Notes under the pieces: generated by a model
What the model saw: only the letters and a program-made list of their open reading frames with translations
Told to the model about the DNA's origin: nothing
Databases searched by the model: none
In this document: positions 26,768 to 34,599 of the stretch, in pieces
Numbering within the stretch: position 1 is the stretch's first letter
Layout of the letters: each line of letters starts with the position of its first letter
Source of the DNA: Oscillospiraceae bacterium
Lineage (GTDB): Bacteria; Bacillota; Clostridia; Oscillospirales; Ruminococcaceae
Direction: 5' to 3'
Length of the DNA stretch: 64,000 nucleotides
NCBI GenBank assembly: GCA_004556975.1
Contig: SFFD01000005.1
Coordinates: forward strand, 2,429-66,428
Translations under genes and position numbers: made by a program

Positions 26768-27553
26768 GTGCGCATTTTTGGAAAAGCGGCAGGGGAAGGG
26801 GGCGCGCCTTTAGTGGAATTTACCGATTTGCACTGCCACATTCTGCCGACAATGGACGACGGTTCGCCGGATTTTGAAACCTCTGTTGCCATGGCAAAAA
26901 TGGCGTTTGCCTCCGGAGTTACAAAAATTGCGGCGACGCCGCATTCCAACCTCGGCGATGAAGATATGAACCTTCGCTGCAGAGAAATAAGGCATCGCAC
27001 CGCAATGCTTCGCGACGCCCTCTCTCAAAGCCGCGTTCCCGTAAAAATTCTTACCGGAATGGAGCTTTTAATCGGCCCCAACCTTCCTGAAATCATTGAA
27101 AACAAAAGCTTTCTTACCATCGGTGAAAGCAATTATCTGCTGGGCGAGTTTGATTTCGGCGAAGACGGCGGCTTTATGGAAGACGCATTGTTTTATATAA
27201 TGGAAAACGGTCTGATTCCGGTGCTTGCCCATCCGGAACGCTATGCCGCCGTTCAGCACGACCCCGCAAGGGTTGCCGACTGGTTTGAAAGAGGCGTTAT
27301 AATTCAGGTAAATAAGGGCAGCGTGCTCGGCCGCTTCGGAAAGGGGCCGCGTTTTGCGGCGGATTGGATTTTGCGCCATGGGTTCGCTCATATTGTGGCA
27401 AGCGACGCCCACGGAACAGAACAGCGAACCCCCCATATGACGGAGGCGTTTAACTTTATTTCATCCAACTATTCCGGCGAATACGCCGAAATACTTATGT
27501 CACTTAACCCGGGAAGGATTTCAGAAGGAAAGGCTGTTCTTTCTCCGAAGTAA
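26768..27553 (+). CDS. CpsB/YwqE-type PHP-family protein-tyrosine phosphatase
   Basis: DLHCHILPTMDDG, ATPH, LAHPERY and ASDAHG metal-binding motifs. The true start may be the GTG at 26813 (VEFTDLHCHILP). Confidence 0.85.
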   Translation: MRIFGKAAGEGGAPLVEFTDLHCHILPTMDDGSPDFETSVAMAKMAFASGVTKIAATPHSNLGDEDMNLRCREIRHRTAMLRDALSQSRVPVKILTGMELLIGPNLPEIIENKSFLTIGESNYLLGEFDFGEDGGFMEDALFYIMENGLIPVLAHPERYAAVQHDPARVADWFERGVIIQVNKGSVLGRFGKGPRFAADWILRHGFAHIVASDAHGTEQRTPHMTEAFNFISSNYSGEYAEILMSLNPGRISEGKAVLSPK

Positions 27554-27573
27554 AATAAAAAAGAGGTGGGCAA

Positions 27574-28404
27574 ATGTTAAAAATCACAAAAATTGTTCTG
27601 GCACTGCTTACCGTGGTGCTGGCGGGGCTTTTTGCATTAAGATTTGTGCAAAAGCGCTTTTTTACAGACAACACTCCGCCTGTAATAAGCTTTGATTCCG
27701 ACGTTTTTGAAATCAGCGTGCACACAAAGGATGAAAAGCTGCTTTCGGGCGTCACCGCCCTTGATAACAATGACGGCGACCTTTCGGCGCAGGTTGCGGT
27801 AAAAAGCATTTCAAAGCTTGTGGGAAAGGATACCGCAAAAATAACCTATATTGTATTTGACAGCGCCGACAATATGGCAACAGCAACGCGCACTTTACGC
27901 TATACCGATTATAAAAAGGCGGAATTTCGCCTTTCAAAGCCTCTTGTTTTTGAACCCGGCGCAACGGTTACTCTTAAAGACAGGCTTTCTGCCCATGACG
28001 TAATTGACGGCGATATTACCCCGGCGATAAAAATAACCGCCACGGCGCTTAACAATACAACCGAGGGAACCTACCCCGTAGCCGTTCAGGTGACAAACAG
28101 CCTTGGGGATACGTCCGCGGTTTCTCTTACGGTAACCATAAAAAAACACGGCATATACGACCCCTATATCGAGCTTACCGACTATCTCGTTTATGCGGAT
28201 AAAGGCGCTTCCTTTGAACCTATGGAATATATAAAATCCGTCTGGGATATGAAGCAGGGCGGAAAAGAGATTTTCTCCTGGGGCGATGTCGCCGTTGAAA
28301 CGGATCTTGATACCGGCGTTTCGGGCGAATATGACGTAAAATATACTTACACAAACGAAAAAGGATACAGCTATTCCGCCATCCTTACCGTTGTGGTGCA
28401 GTAA
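27574..28404 (+). CDS. Membrane-anchored protein with Ig-like (DUF5011-type) domains
   Basis: N-terminal TM segment, then repeated motifs ALDNNDGDLSAQV and AHDVIDGDITPAIKI...GTYPVAVQVTNSLGD typical of DUF5011 Ig-like modules. Confidence 0.6.
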   Translation: MLKITKIVLALLTVVLAGLFALRFVQKRFFTDNTPPVISFDSDVFEISVHTKDEKLLSGVTALDNNDGDLSAQVAVKSISKLVGKDTAKITYIVFDSADNMATATRTLRYTDYKKAEFRLSKPLVFEPGATVTLKDRLSAHDVIDGDITPAIKITATALNNTTEGTYPVAVQVTNSLGDTSAVSLTVTIKKHGIYDPYIELTDYLVYADKGASFEPMEYIKSVWDMKQGGKEIFSWGDVAVETDLDTGVSGEYDVKYTYTNEKGYSYSAILTVVVQ

Positions 28405-28418
28405 GAGGAGGGGCAATA

Positions 28419-29954
28419 TTGGATAATTCAGAAATTCGGTACAGCGATATAGAGCCTCTTTGCCTTTTGCGTGCGGTGCTCAAAAATATATGGATGGTGT
28501 TTGCGGCAGGTCTTTGCGGACTTTTCGGTGCTTACCTTGTGCTGGATACCTTTTATGCGCCGGAATATTGCGGCTCTGCCACTTTTGTGGTAATGGCAAA
28601 GTCCTCAAGCTCTTCCTCGGTTTCGGATATTTCTACGGCAAACACAGTGGCATCAACCTTTTCCGAGCTTCTTTCGGGAAGCATAATGCAGCAAAAGGTT
28701 GCGGATATGGCCGGAATAGACGATTTTTCCGGCGCTATAACGGCGGAAAACAAAGAGAACACAAACCTTGTTACGCTTAAAGTAACCGCCCCCACCGCAA
28801 AGCAGGCTTTCGCCATGATAAGCGCGCTTGCGGAAAATCACACCGTGCTTACGGGAAAAATTTTCAATAACGCGGTAATCACAACCCTAAATTCACCCAC
28901 CGTGACGGAAGTGCCTGCTTTTACGGGCAGCCGTTTTAAAACGGAGATAATTTCCGCCATAGTCTGCGCCGCTGTTATGGCGGCGGCGCTCTGCGCATTT
29001 TCCGTATATTCCGACACCGTTCAGACGGAAAGCGCGGCACGGGCAAAAATTGACGGAAAGCTTCTGCGAAGCGTTCCCCACGAAAAATCGTGGCACACGG
29101 CCAAAGGCGCCGCAAAAAAGCTGATACGCTCCGCAGGAAAAAAGCGTTCCGAAGCTCCCGTAATAACCGACCCTATGGCGGGCTTTGCCTTTACCGAATC
29201 GGTACACTATATCCGCTCAAAAATTGAGCAGAAAAAAGCAGAAAGCGGAAAGAACGTCTTTCTTATCGGAAGCGTGTGCCAGAACGAAGGCAAATCCATG
29301 CTTATTGAAAACCTTGGCCTTTCTCTCGGAATGAAGCATGACAAAATCGTCATTGCGGATATGGACCTTCGCAAGCCTTCGTCCTATTGCGGCGTTTCGG
29401 AGCGGGACGGCTGGGAGCTGCTTAAAAGCTTTAATATCGGCGGAATTTTACTTAATATGATTTATCATCCCAAAAAGAATCTTCACGTTCTGTATTGCCC
29501 CAAGCAGCCCCAAATTCCCGCCGACCTTTTTTCAAAAGAGGGCTTTATCACGGTGCTCAAAAGCCTGCGTGAAAGCTCGAACTATCTGCTTATAGATTCT
29601 CCGCCGCTTGAGATTTTTTCGGACGGCGAGGTTCTGGCGGATTTTGCCGATTACTCAATTCTTGTGGTGCGCCAGGACTGCGTTCCCGCCCCTGTGATAA
29701 ACGATGCCATTGATGTTCTTCGCACAAAAAACGCCGTGTTTATGGGCTTTGTTTTCAATGATGTAAAAACGCTTCGCAAAAACAGCGGCTACGGTTACGG
29801 CTACGGATATGGCGGAAAATACGGCTACGGGAAAAAATACGGTTACGGTTACGGCTATGACCGTTACGGAAGCTACGGCAAATACGGCTATGGCAACTAC
29901 GGATACAAAAAATACGCCGAAGCGGCCGCCGAAGAGCAGAAAAAGGAGGAATGA
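28419..29954 (+). CDS. Fused Wzz-like transmembrane modulator / BY-type tyrosine kinase (paralog 1) with a 43-aa Gly-Tyr tail
   Basis: The N-terminal Wzz-like part has two TM segments. The kinase part has Walker A NEGKS, Walker A' IADMDLRKPS and Walker B LLIDSPP. The tail is GYGYGYGYGGKYGYGKKYGYGYGYDRYGSYGKYGYGNYGYKKY. The TTG start is preceded by GAGGAGG. Confidence 0.8.
   Translation: MDNSEIRYSDIEPLCLLRAVLKNIWMVFAAGLCGLFGAYLVLDTFYAPEYCGSATFVVMAKSSSSSSVSDISTANTVASTFSELLSGSIMQQKVADMAGIDDFSGAITAENKENTNLVTLKVTAPTAKQAFAMISALAENHTVLTGKIFNNAVITTLNSPTVTEVPAFTGSRFKTEIISAIVCAAVMAAALCAFSVYSDTVQTESAARAKIDGKLLRSVPHEKSWHTAKGAAKKLIRSAGKKRSEAPVITDPMAGFAFTESVHYIRSKIEQKKAESGKNVFLIGSVCQNEGKSMLIENLGLSLGMKHDKIVIADMDLRKPSSYCGVSERDGWELLKSFNIGGILLNMIYHPKKNLHVLYCPKQPQIPADLFSKEGFITVLKSLRESSNYLLIDSPPLEIFSDGEVLADFADYSILVVRQDCVPAPVINDAIDVLRTKNAVFMGFVFNDVKTLRKNSGYGYGYGYGGKYGYGKKYGYGYGYDRYGSYGKYGYGNYGYKKYAEAAAEEQKKEE
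29787..29915 (+). repeat. Gly-Tyr repeat tract (17 Tyr codons in 43)
   Basis: Degenerate GGC/GGT-TAC/TAT iterations at the 3' end of paralog 1. Confidence 0.9.
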
Positions 29955-29956
29955 GC

Positions 29957-31423
29957 ATGGAAAAAGAAAACACCTCCAAAGGCTTTGAGCACGAATCCGG
30001 AACGGAAAGCCTGATAGACCTTTCGGCTTTTTTCCGCAATTTCTTCGGCATATTTTTCCGCCGCCTTTGGGCAGTAATACTTGCCGCGCTTATCGGCGGC
30101 GGCGCGCTCGGCGCAAGGGCATATTTTTCATATTCGCCCTATTATGAAGCAAAAGCTATTTTTGCCGTAAGCGCGGGGTATAACTATGCGCTTGACGTTC
30201 AGGCATACAGCACATATTATGATACAACGGCCGCGCGCCAGGTGGTAAACACCTTTCCGGATATAATATCTACCGAGGCCATGCGCGAGCTTATTGCCCA
30301 AAGCCTTGGCAAAGAAAGCTTCAACGCTTCAATAAGCGCCTCTCTTGCGGCGGAAAATTCAAATCTTTTTGCTCTTACGGTAAGAAGCCCCGACCCAAAC
30401 GAGGCATACAACGTTCTTTCCGCTGTTATTGAAAACTATCCGCGGGTTGCGGCCATCGTGCTCGGCGACACCCGAATTTATATAATTGAAGAGGCGACTG
30501 TGCCTTCGGCACCGGCCAACAGCAATAGCTGGAAGGGCAGCGCCGTTAAAGGTGCGCTTATCGGCGCCGGCGCCGTTATAGCCGTAATGGCGGTTATGGC
30601 GCTTTCAATACACACGGTAAATTCCGCCGACGACCTTAAAAACGCAGTAAACATAAAATGCCTCGGCAGTTTGCCCTATTGCCGCGTAAAAAGGCGCACA
30701 AACGGAAGCGGATCCATTCTTATTACCGATTCTTCCGCAAGCCGCCAGTTTACCGAATCCATTCTGACCGTAAGAACGCGCCTTTTGCACTATTGCGGCA
30801 AAACCGGAGCAAAGGTAATTCTTATTACCTCTACCGTTCCCGGCGAAGGAAAGACAACCCTTGCGGCAAACCTGGCCGTTTCTCTTGCCCAAGGCGGTTC
30901 AAAAGTAATTTTGGTCGACGCCGATTTAAGGCTGCAAAGCCTTCACAGATTTTTCAGGGTGCAGCATGAAAGCCGCGGCCTTGCAGACGCTCTTGAGGCA
31001 CAGAACCCCTATATACCCGGCTTTTTGACCGATGTGGGCATAGAAAACCTTAAACTGATTTCCGGCGGAAAAACAGCCGCGCCTTTCAGCATTCTCCGCT
31101 CAAGAAAAATAAAAAATATTTTCGAAAAGCTTCGCGAAATGGCGGATTATGTAATAGTCGATACTCCGCCAAGCGGCATGCTTTCCGACGCGGAATCTTT
31201 CCTGCGCTATTCCGACGGAGTGATATATTTAGTAAAGGCGGATTACGCCTCGCGCAGTCAGATAATTGACAATATACAGGCTCTTTCCGAAAACCGTGCG
31301 GAAATGATAGGCTATGTCCTCGGCGGCGTTCAGCCCGGCGGAGGAAATTACGGCTACGGCGGATATAATTACGGCTATAAGGGATATGGCTATAACTACG
31401 AAAAAACGCCGGAAAAAGAATAA
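29957..31423 (+). CDS. Fused Wzz-like transmembrane modulator / BY-type tyrosine kinase (paralog 2)
   Basis: Wzz-like N-terminal half. Walker A VPGEGKTT, Walker A' LVDADLRLQS, Walker B VIVDTPP. Tyr cluster NYGYGGYNYGYKGYGYNY at 31346-31399. I prefer the ATG at 29957, 7 nt after AAGGAGG. Confidence 0.85.
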   Translation: MEKENTSKGFEHESGTESLIDLSAFFRNFFGIFFRRLWAVILAALIGGGALGARAYFSYSPYYEAKAIFAVSAGYNYALDVQAYSTYYDTTAARQVVNTFPDIISTEAMRELIAQSLGKESFNASISASLAAENSNLFALTVRSPDPNEAYNVLSAVIENYPRVAAIVLGDTRIYIIEEATVPSAPANSNSWKGSAVKGALIGAGAVIAVMAVMALSIHTVNSADDLKNAVNIKCLGSLPYCRVKRRTNGSGSILITDSSASRQFTESILTVRTRLLHYCGKTGAKVILITSTVPGEGKTTLAANLAVSLAQGGSKVILVDADLRLQSLHRFFRVQHESRGLADALEAQNPYIPGFLTDVGIENLKLISGGKTAAPFSILRSRKIKNIFEKLREMADYVIVDTPPSGMLSDAESFLRYSDGVIYLVKADYASRSQIIDNIQALSENRAEMIGYVLGGVQPGGGNYGYGGYNYGYKGYGYNYEKTPEKE

Positions 31424-31483
31424 AAAAAGCAATTTGCACCCGGCCGCGCTTTGGCGGCAAAAGTACTGTTTCGCAAAGAAAGG

Positions 31484-33199
31484 ATGCTTAACGTGATTAA
31501 GAAAATAATCGAAAAATATAAAAGCGGCGCCTTTCGCGAAATGTGGAACGAAACAAAGTGGCTTTATTCCTACGCCGCAAAATATAAGTGGCTTATCGTA
31601 ATTTATATAGTAATCGGTCTTTTTGCAACGGGTCTTGCCCTTGCCGCAAGCCTTGTTACCAAAAACCTTATCAACGAAGTTCTCGGCGGAAAAATTTCTG
31701 CGGCGGCGGTGGCACTTTATGTTTTTCTCGGTCTTTCGGGAATTGCCGTTTCCGCCCTTAACCGCCGCCTTTCGGCAAAAATTTCTCTTCGGGTAAATAA
31801 TGAAATCCGCGCCGATGTTTTCGGAAAATTTATCTCCACAACCTGGGAAGAAGTTTCCGCGTTTCATTCCGGAGATTTGCTCAACCGCATAAACGGCGAT
31901 GTTTCCACAGTTGCCGACAGCGTAATCGGCTGGATTCCCTCCGTAACGATAAAATCGGCGCAGTTTATAGGCGCCATCGCAATAATTTGCTATTATGACG
32001 CGGCTATGGCGCTTCTTTCACTTATAAGTATTCCCGCCGCGGCGCTTATTTCGTCACTTTTGCTGCGTAAAATGCGCAGCTATGGCACGAAAATCCGCGA
32101 AGCAGGCAGCGAGCTTATGTCATTCTTTGAGGAATCATTGCAGAATATTCAGACGGTTAAGGCCTTCGGCCTTTCGCAAAGCCTTGACGGCCGTTTGGCG
32201 CAGCTTCAGAAAATTTACTATGATACAAGCCTTGAATATAATGCCCTTTCCGTAAAGGTCACCTCCGGAATGTCGGTTCTGGGACTTTTTGTTTCATATC
32301 TCTGTATGGGCTGGTGCATTTTCCGCCTGTTTACCGGCGCCATAGATATCGGCACGATGGTGCTTTTTATTCAGCTTTCGTCATACCTTTCATCAAGCAT
32401 ATCGTCTTTGATAAGCTCTGTGCCGACGGTAATTTCGGCAACCGTTTCCGCCGGAAGAATAATTTCCGTGCTGAATCTTCCGCGGGAGGAAGAGGACGAA
32501 AGCCTTGCCGCGCGGGAAATAGCGGATTTTGGCGAAGCGCCGGAAATTGAGTTCAGGGATGTAAGCTTTGGCTATAAAAACGGCGGCAAGGTTTTTTCCG
32601 AAGTAAACCTGACTGTTGCCCCGGGCGAATTTGCCGCTTTCGTCGGCCCTTCCGGCGGGGGAAAAACAACGCTTCTGCGGCTGCTTCTCGGTTTGGTGAA
32701 GCCGCAATCGGGGAAGGCAACCCTTTCCGCAAAAGGAAAAACGACAGAAATTTCTTCTGTCACACGCAGAATTTTTACTTATGTACCACAGGAAAAGGCA
32801 ATGTTTTCCGGCACCGTTGCGGAAATGCTGCGGCTTTTTTCGCCGGAGGCCACAGACGAGGAAATCAACGCCGCGCTTAAGGCGGCGTGCGCCTATGACT
32901 TTGTGGCGGCCCTGCCGGAGGGCATAAATACCCCCCTTGGCGAGCGCGGAGCGGGCTTTTCCGAGGGACAGAACCAACGCCTTGCCATTGCGCGCGCCGT
33001 TTTGCGAAAAGCGCCGGTGCTGCTTCTTGATGAAGCCACCTCCGCCCTTGACCTTGAAACGGAACGCCGGGTTCTTGAAAATATAACAGCCCTTTGCCGG
33101 GGCAAAACCCTGATTGTAATGACCCACAGGGAAAGCGTGCTGCCGCTTTGCGACAGCGTTTACCGCATTTCCGGCGGAAAGGTGGAAAAGGTGAGATAA
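31484..33199 (+). CDS. ABC exporter, fused permease/ATPase (MsbA/type-I exporter-like)
   Basis: Six-TM N-terminal domain. Walker A GPSGGGKTT, signature FSEGQNQR, Walker B LLLDEATSALD. The start is uncertain (ATG 31484 or GTG 31493). Confidence 0.85.
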   Translation: MLNVIKKIIEKYKSGAFREMWNETKWLYSYAAKYKWLIVIYIVIGLFATGLALAASLVTKNLINEVLGGKISAAAVALYVFLGLSGIAVSALNRRLSAKISLRVNNEIRADVFGKFISTTWEEVSAFHSGDLLNRINGDVSTVADSVIGWIPSVTIKSAQFIGAIAIICYYDAAMALLSLISIPAAALISSLLLRKMRSYGTKIREAGSELMSFFEESLQNIQTVKAFGLSQSLDGRLAQLQKIYYDTSLEYNALSVKVTSGMSVLGLFVSYLCMGWCIFRLFTGAIDIGTMVLFIQLSSYLSSSISSLISSVPTVISATVSAGRIISVLNLPREEEDESLAAREIADFGEAPEIEFRDVSFGYKNGGKVFSEVNLTVAPGEFAAFVGPSGGGKTTLLRLLLGLVKPQSGKATLSAKGKTTEISSVTRRIFTYVPQEKAMFSGTVAEMLRLFSPEATDEEINAALKAACAYDFVAALPEGINTPLGERGAGFSEGQNQRLAIARAVLRKAPVLLLDEATSALDLETERRVLENITALCRGKTLIVMTHRESVLPLCDSVYRISGGKVEKVR

Positions 33200-33276
33200 C
33201 GCGCGTTTTTGCTTTTGTCTGTTTAGTAAATCGGTTTTGCGGGCAAAACAATTGCATAAAAAAGAGAGGAAAAAAT

Positions 33277-34380
33277 ATGAAAAGCGAAAAGGTAACCGAT
33301 ATTTTCGGCAATGAAAAGGTTGTTCACTACGACGATTACGGCAACAAGGTAGGAGAAAGCCGGGTCGAAAGAGGGCCGCTTGGGTTTGGGGAAGAGCGCG
33401 TTGTTCATTATGACGTAAACGGCGTAAAAACCGGCGAAACCCGCACGGAAAAGAACTTTTTCGGCGGCGAAAAAGCCGTTCATTACGACGACTATGGCAT
33501 AAAAACCGGCGAGAGCCGGCAGGAAAAGAATTTTTTCGGCGACGAAAAAACCGTTCACTATGACGCCTACGGCCGCAAAACCGGTCAGACCGTAAGCGAA
33601 AAGGACTTTTTCGGCAACGAAAAGCAGGTTACATACGACAGATACGGCACTCAAAAAAGAGGAGAGTATAGAGATAACACGCCGTATTACGGCGGCAGCT
33701 CCGAAGGCTCCGGCTCCGCCGGCGGTTATTCGGGCTGTTCCGGCGGGTATGTTCCCGCCGGAAGATTTACGCTTAAGGACGGAATTGCAATTGCCGTTAC
33801 GGCAGTTTTAACCCTGCTTATGCTTGCGGTTCCGTTTATTCTGCACGCCGCTTCAAAGGACAGCGGCGGCGCCGTAAGCTTTATCCGCACCGCGGTGACT
33901 GCGCTTTGCCCGGTGATTACGGTTTTAAGCATCATTATGTTCCGCGCCAAAAAATCCGATGGCGAAGCGGTTCGCCGGGGCAAGCGCCGCATGATAATTT
34001 CCACATTTTTGCTCTTTGCCGCGCAGGAGGTTATCTTTCTGCTTTACACCGCCCCTGCCGCAAACGGCGACGAATTTTCTTCCTTCCTGCTGTTTGTTTG
34101 CTGCTGGATTCCCAAGCTGATTTACTCCGTCGTATGCGGAATTTTTTCGAGAAAATGCGGCGACAGGGGCGAAACCTGCGACGGCTGCTATTTCTTTGCG
34201 GCAAAGGCTTTTGCCATAGTTGCCGCGCTTATGGAAACGGTGAATGTGATTGCCGACGGAATTTTCAGGGATTTTTTTGCCGCTGTGCTGTACCTAATCC
34301 CTGCGGCGCTGATTCTTTACGGTGTGATTCTGGCGCTTTCTAAAGGAACGGACTGGATTTACAAGAAAATTTCAAGATAA
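33277..34380 (+). CDS. Polytopic membrane protein with five N-terminal 25-aa FFGxEKxVHYDxYGxKTGE repeats (uncharacterised)
   Basis: The ATG at 33277 is preceded by AGAGAGGA. Repeats span aa 8-134, followed by a G/S/Y linker and about 6 TM segments. There is no signal peptide. Confidence 0.7.
   Translation: MKSEKVTDIFGNEKVVHYDDYGNKVGESRVERGPLGFGEERVVHYDVNGVKTGETRTEKNFFGGEKAVHYDDYGIKTGESRQEKNFFGDEKTVHYDAYGRKTGQTVSEKDFFGNEKQVTYDRYGTQKRGEYRDNTPYYGGSSEGSGSAGGYSGCSGGYVPAGRFTLKDGIAIAVTAVLTLLMLAVPFILHAASKDSGGAVSFIRTAVTALCPVITVLSIIMFRAKKSDGEAVRRGKRRMIISTFLLFAAQEVIFLLYTAPAANGDEFSSFLLFVCCWIPKLIYSVVCGIFSRKCGDRGETCDGCYFFAAKAFAIVAALMETVNVIADGIFRDFFAAVLYLIPAALILYGVILALSKGTDWIYKKISR
33298..33678 (+). repeat. 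Five tandem roughly 75-nt coding repeats
   Basis: Repeat peptides: DIFGNEKVVHYDDYGNKVGE..., GFGEERVVHYDVNGVKTGE..., FFGGEKAVHYDDYGIKTGE..., FFGDEKTVHYDAYGRKTGQ..., FFGNEKQVTYDRYGTQKRGE... Confidence 0.9.
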
Positions 34381-34394
34381 TAGATAATAAGGAA

Positions 34395-34417
34395 GGAGCC
34401 TGCCATAGGCAAGCTCC
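34395..34417 (+). repeat. Hairpin repeat copy 1 (GGAGCCTGCCATAGGCAAGCTCC)
   Basis: Nearly identical to copy 2 at 34545-34567, with one C/T difference that creates a C-A mismatch in the stem. Confidence 0.85.
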
Positions 34418-34427
34418 CCGGCTGTCG

Positions 34428-34456
34428 AAAAAGTCCTGTGCAACAGGACTTTTTTG
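34428..34456 (+). terminator. Rho-independent terminator of the BY-kinase operon
   Basis: AGTCCTG-TGCAA-CAGGACT hairpin followed by T6. Confidence 0.8.
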
Positions 34457-34544
34457 TTTCTGTGCATAGATATGTATGCTCTCGAAAAGGAAGATAGCAA
34501 CAAAAGAAACCCATCAGGGGTGTCTTTTGCTTTTGTTCAAGCTG

Positions 34545-34572
34545 GGAGCTTGCCATAGGCAAGCTCCTTTTT
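34545..34572 (+). terminator. Hairpin repeat copy 2 with T-tract (GGAGCTTGCC-ATA-GGCAAGCTCC-TTTTT)
   Basis: Perfect 10-bp stem plus T5. It is oriented for a plus-strand transcript. Confidence 0.6.
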
Positions 34573-34599
34573 GTTTGAGCACACACTATGTGCTCAAAA

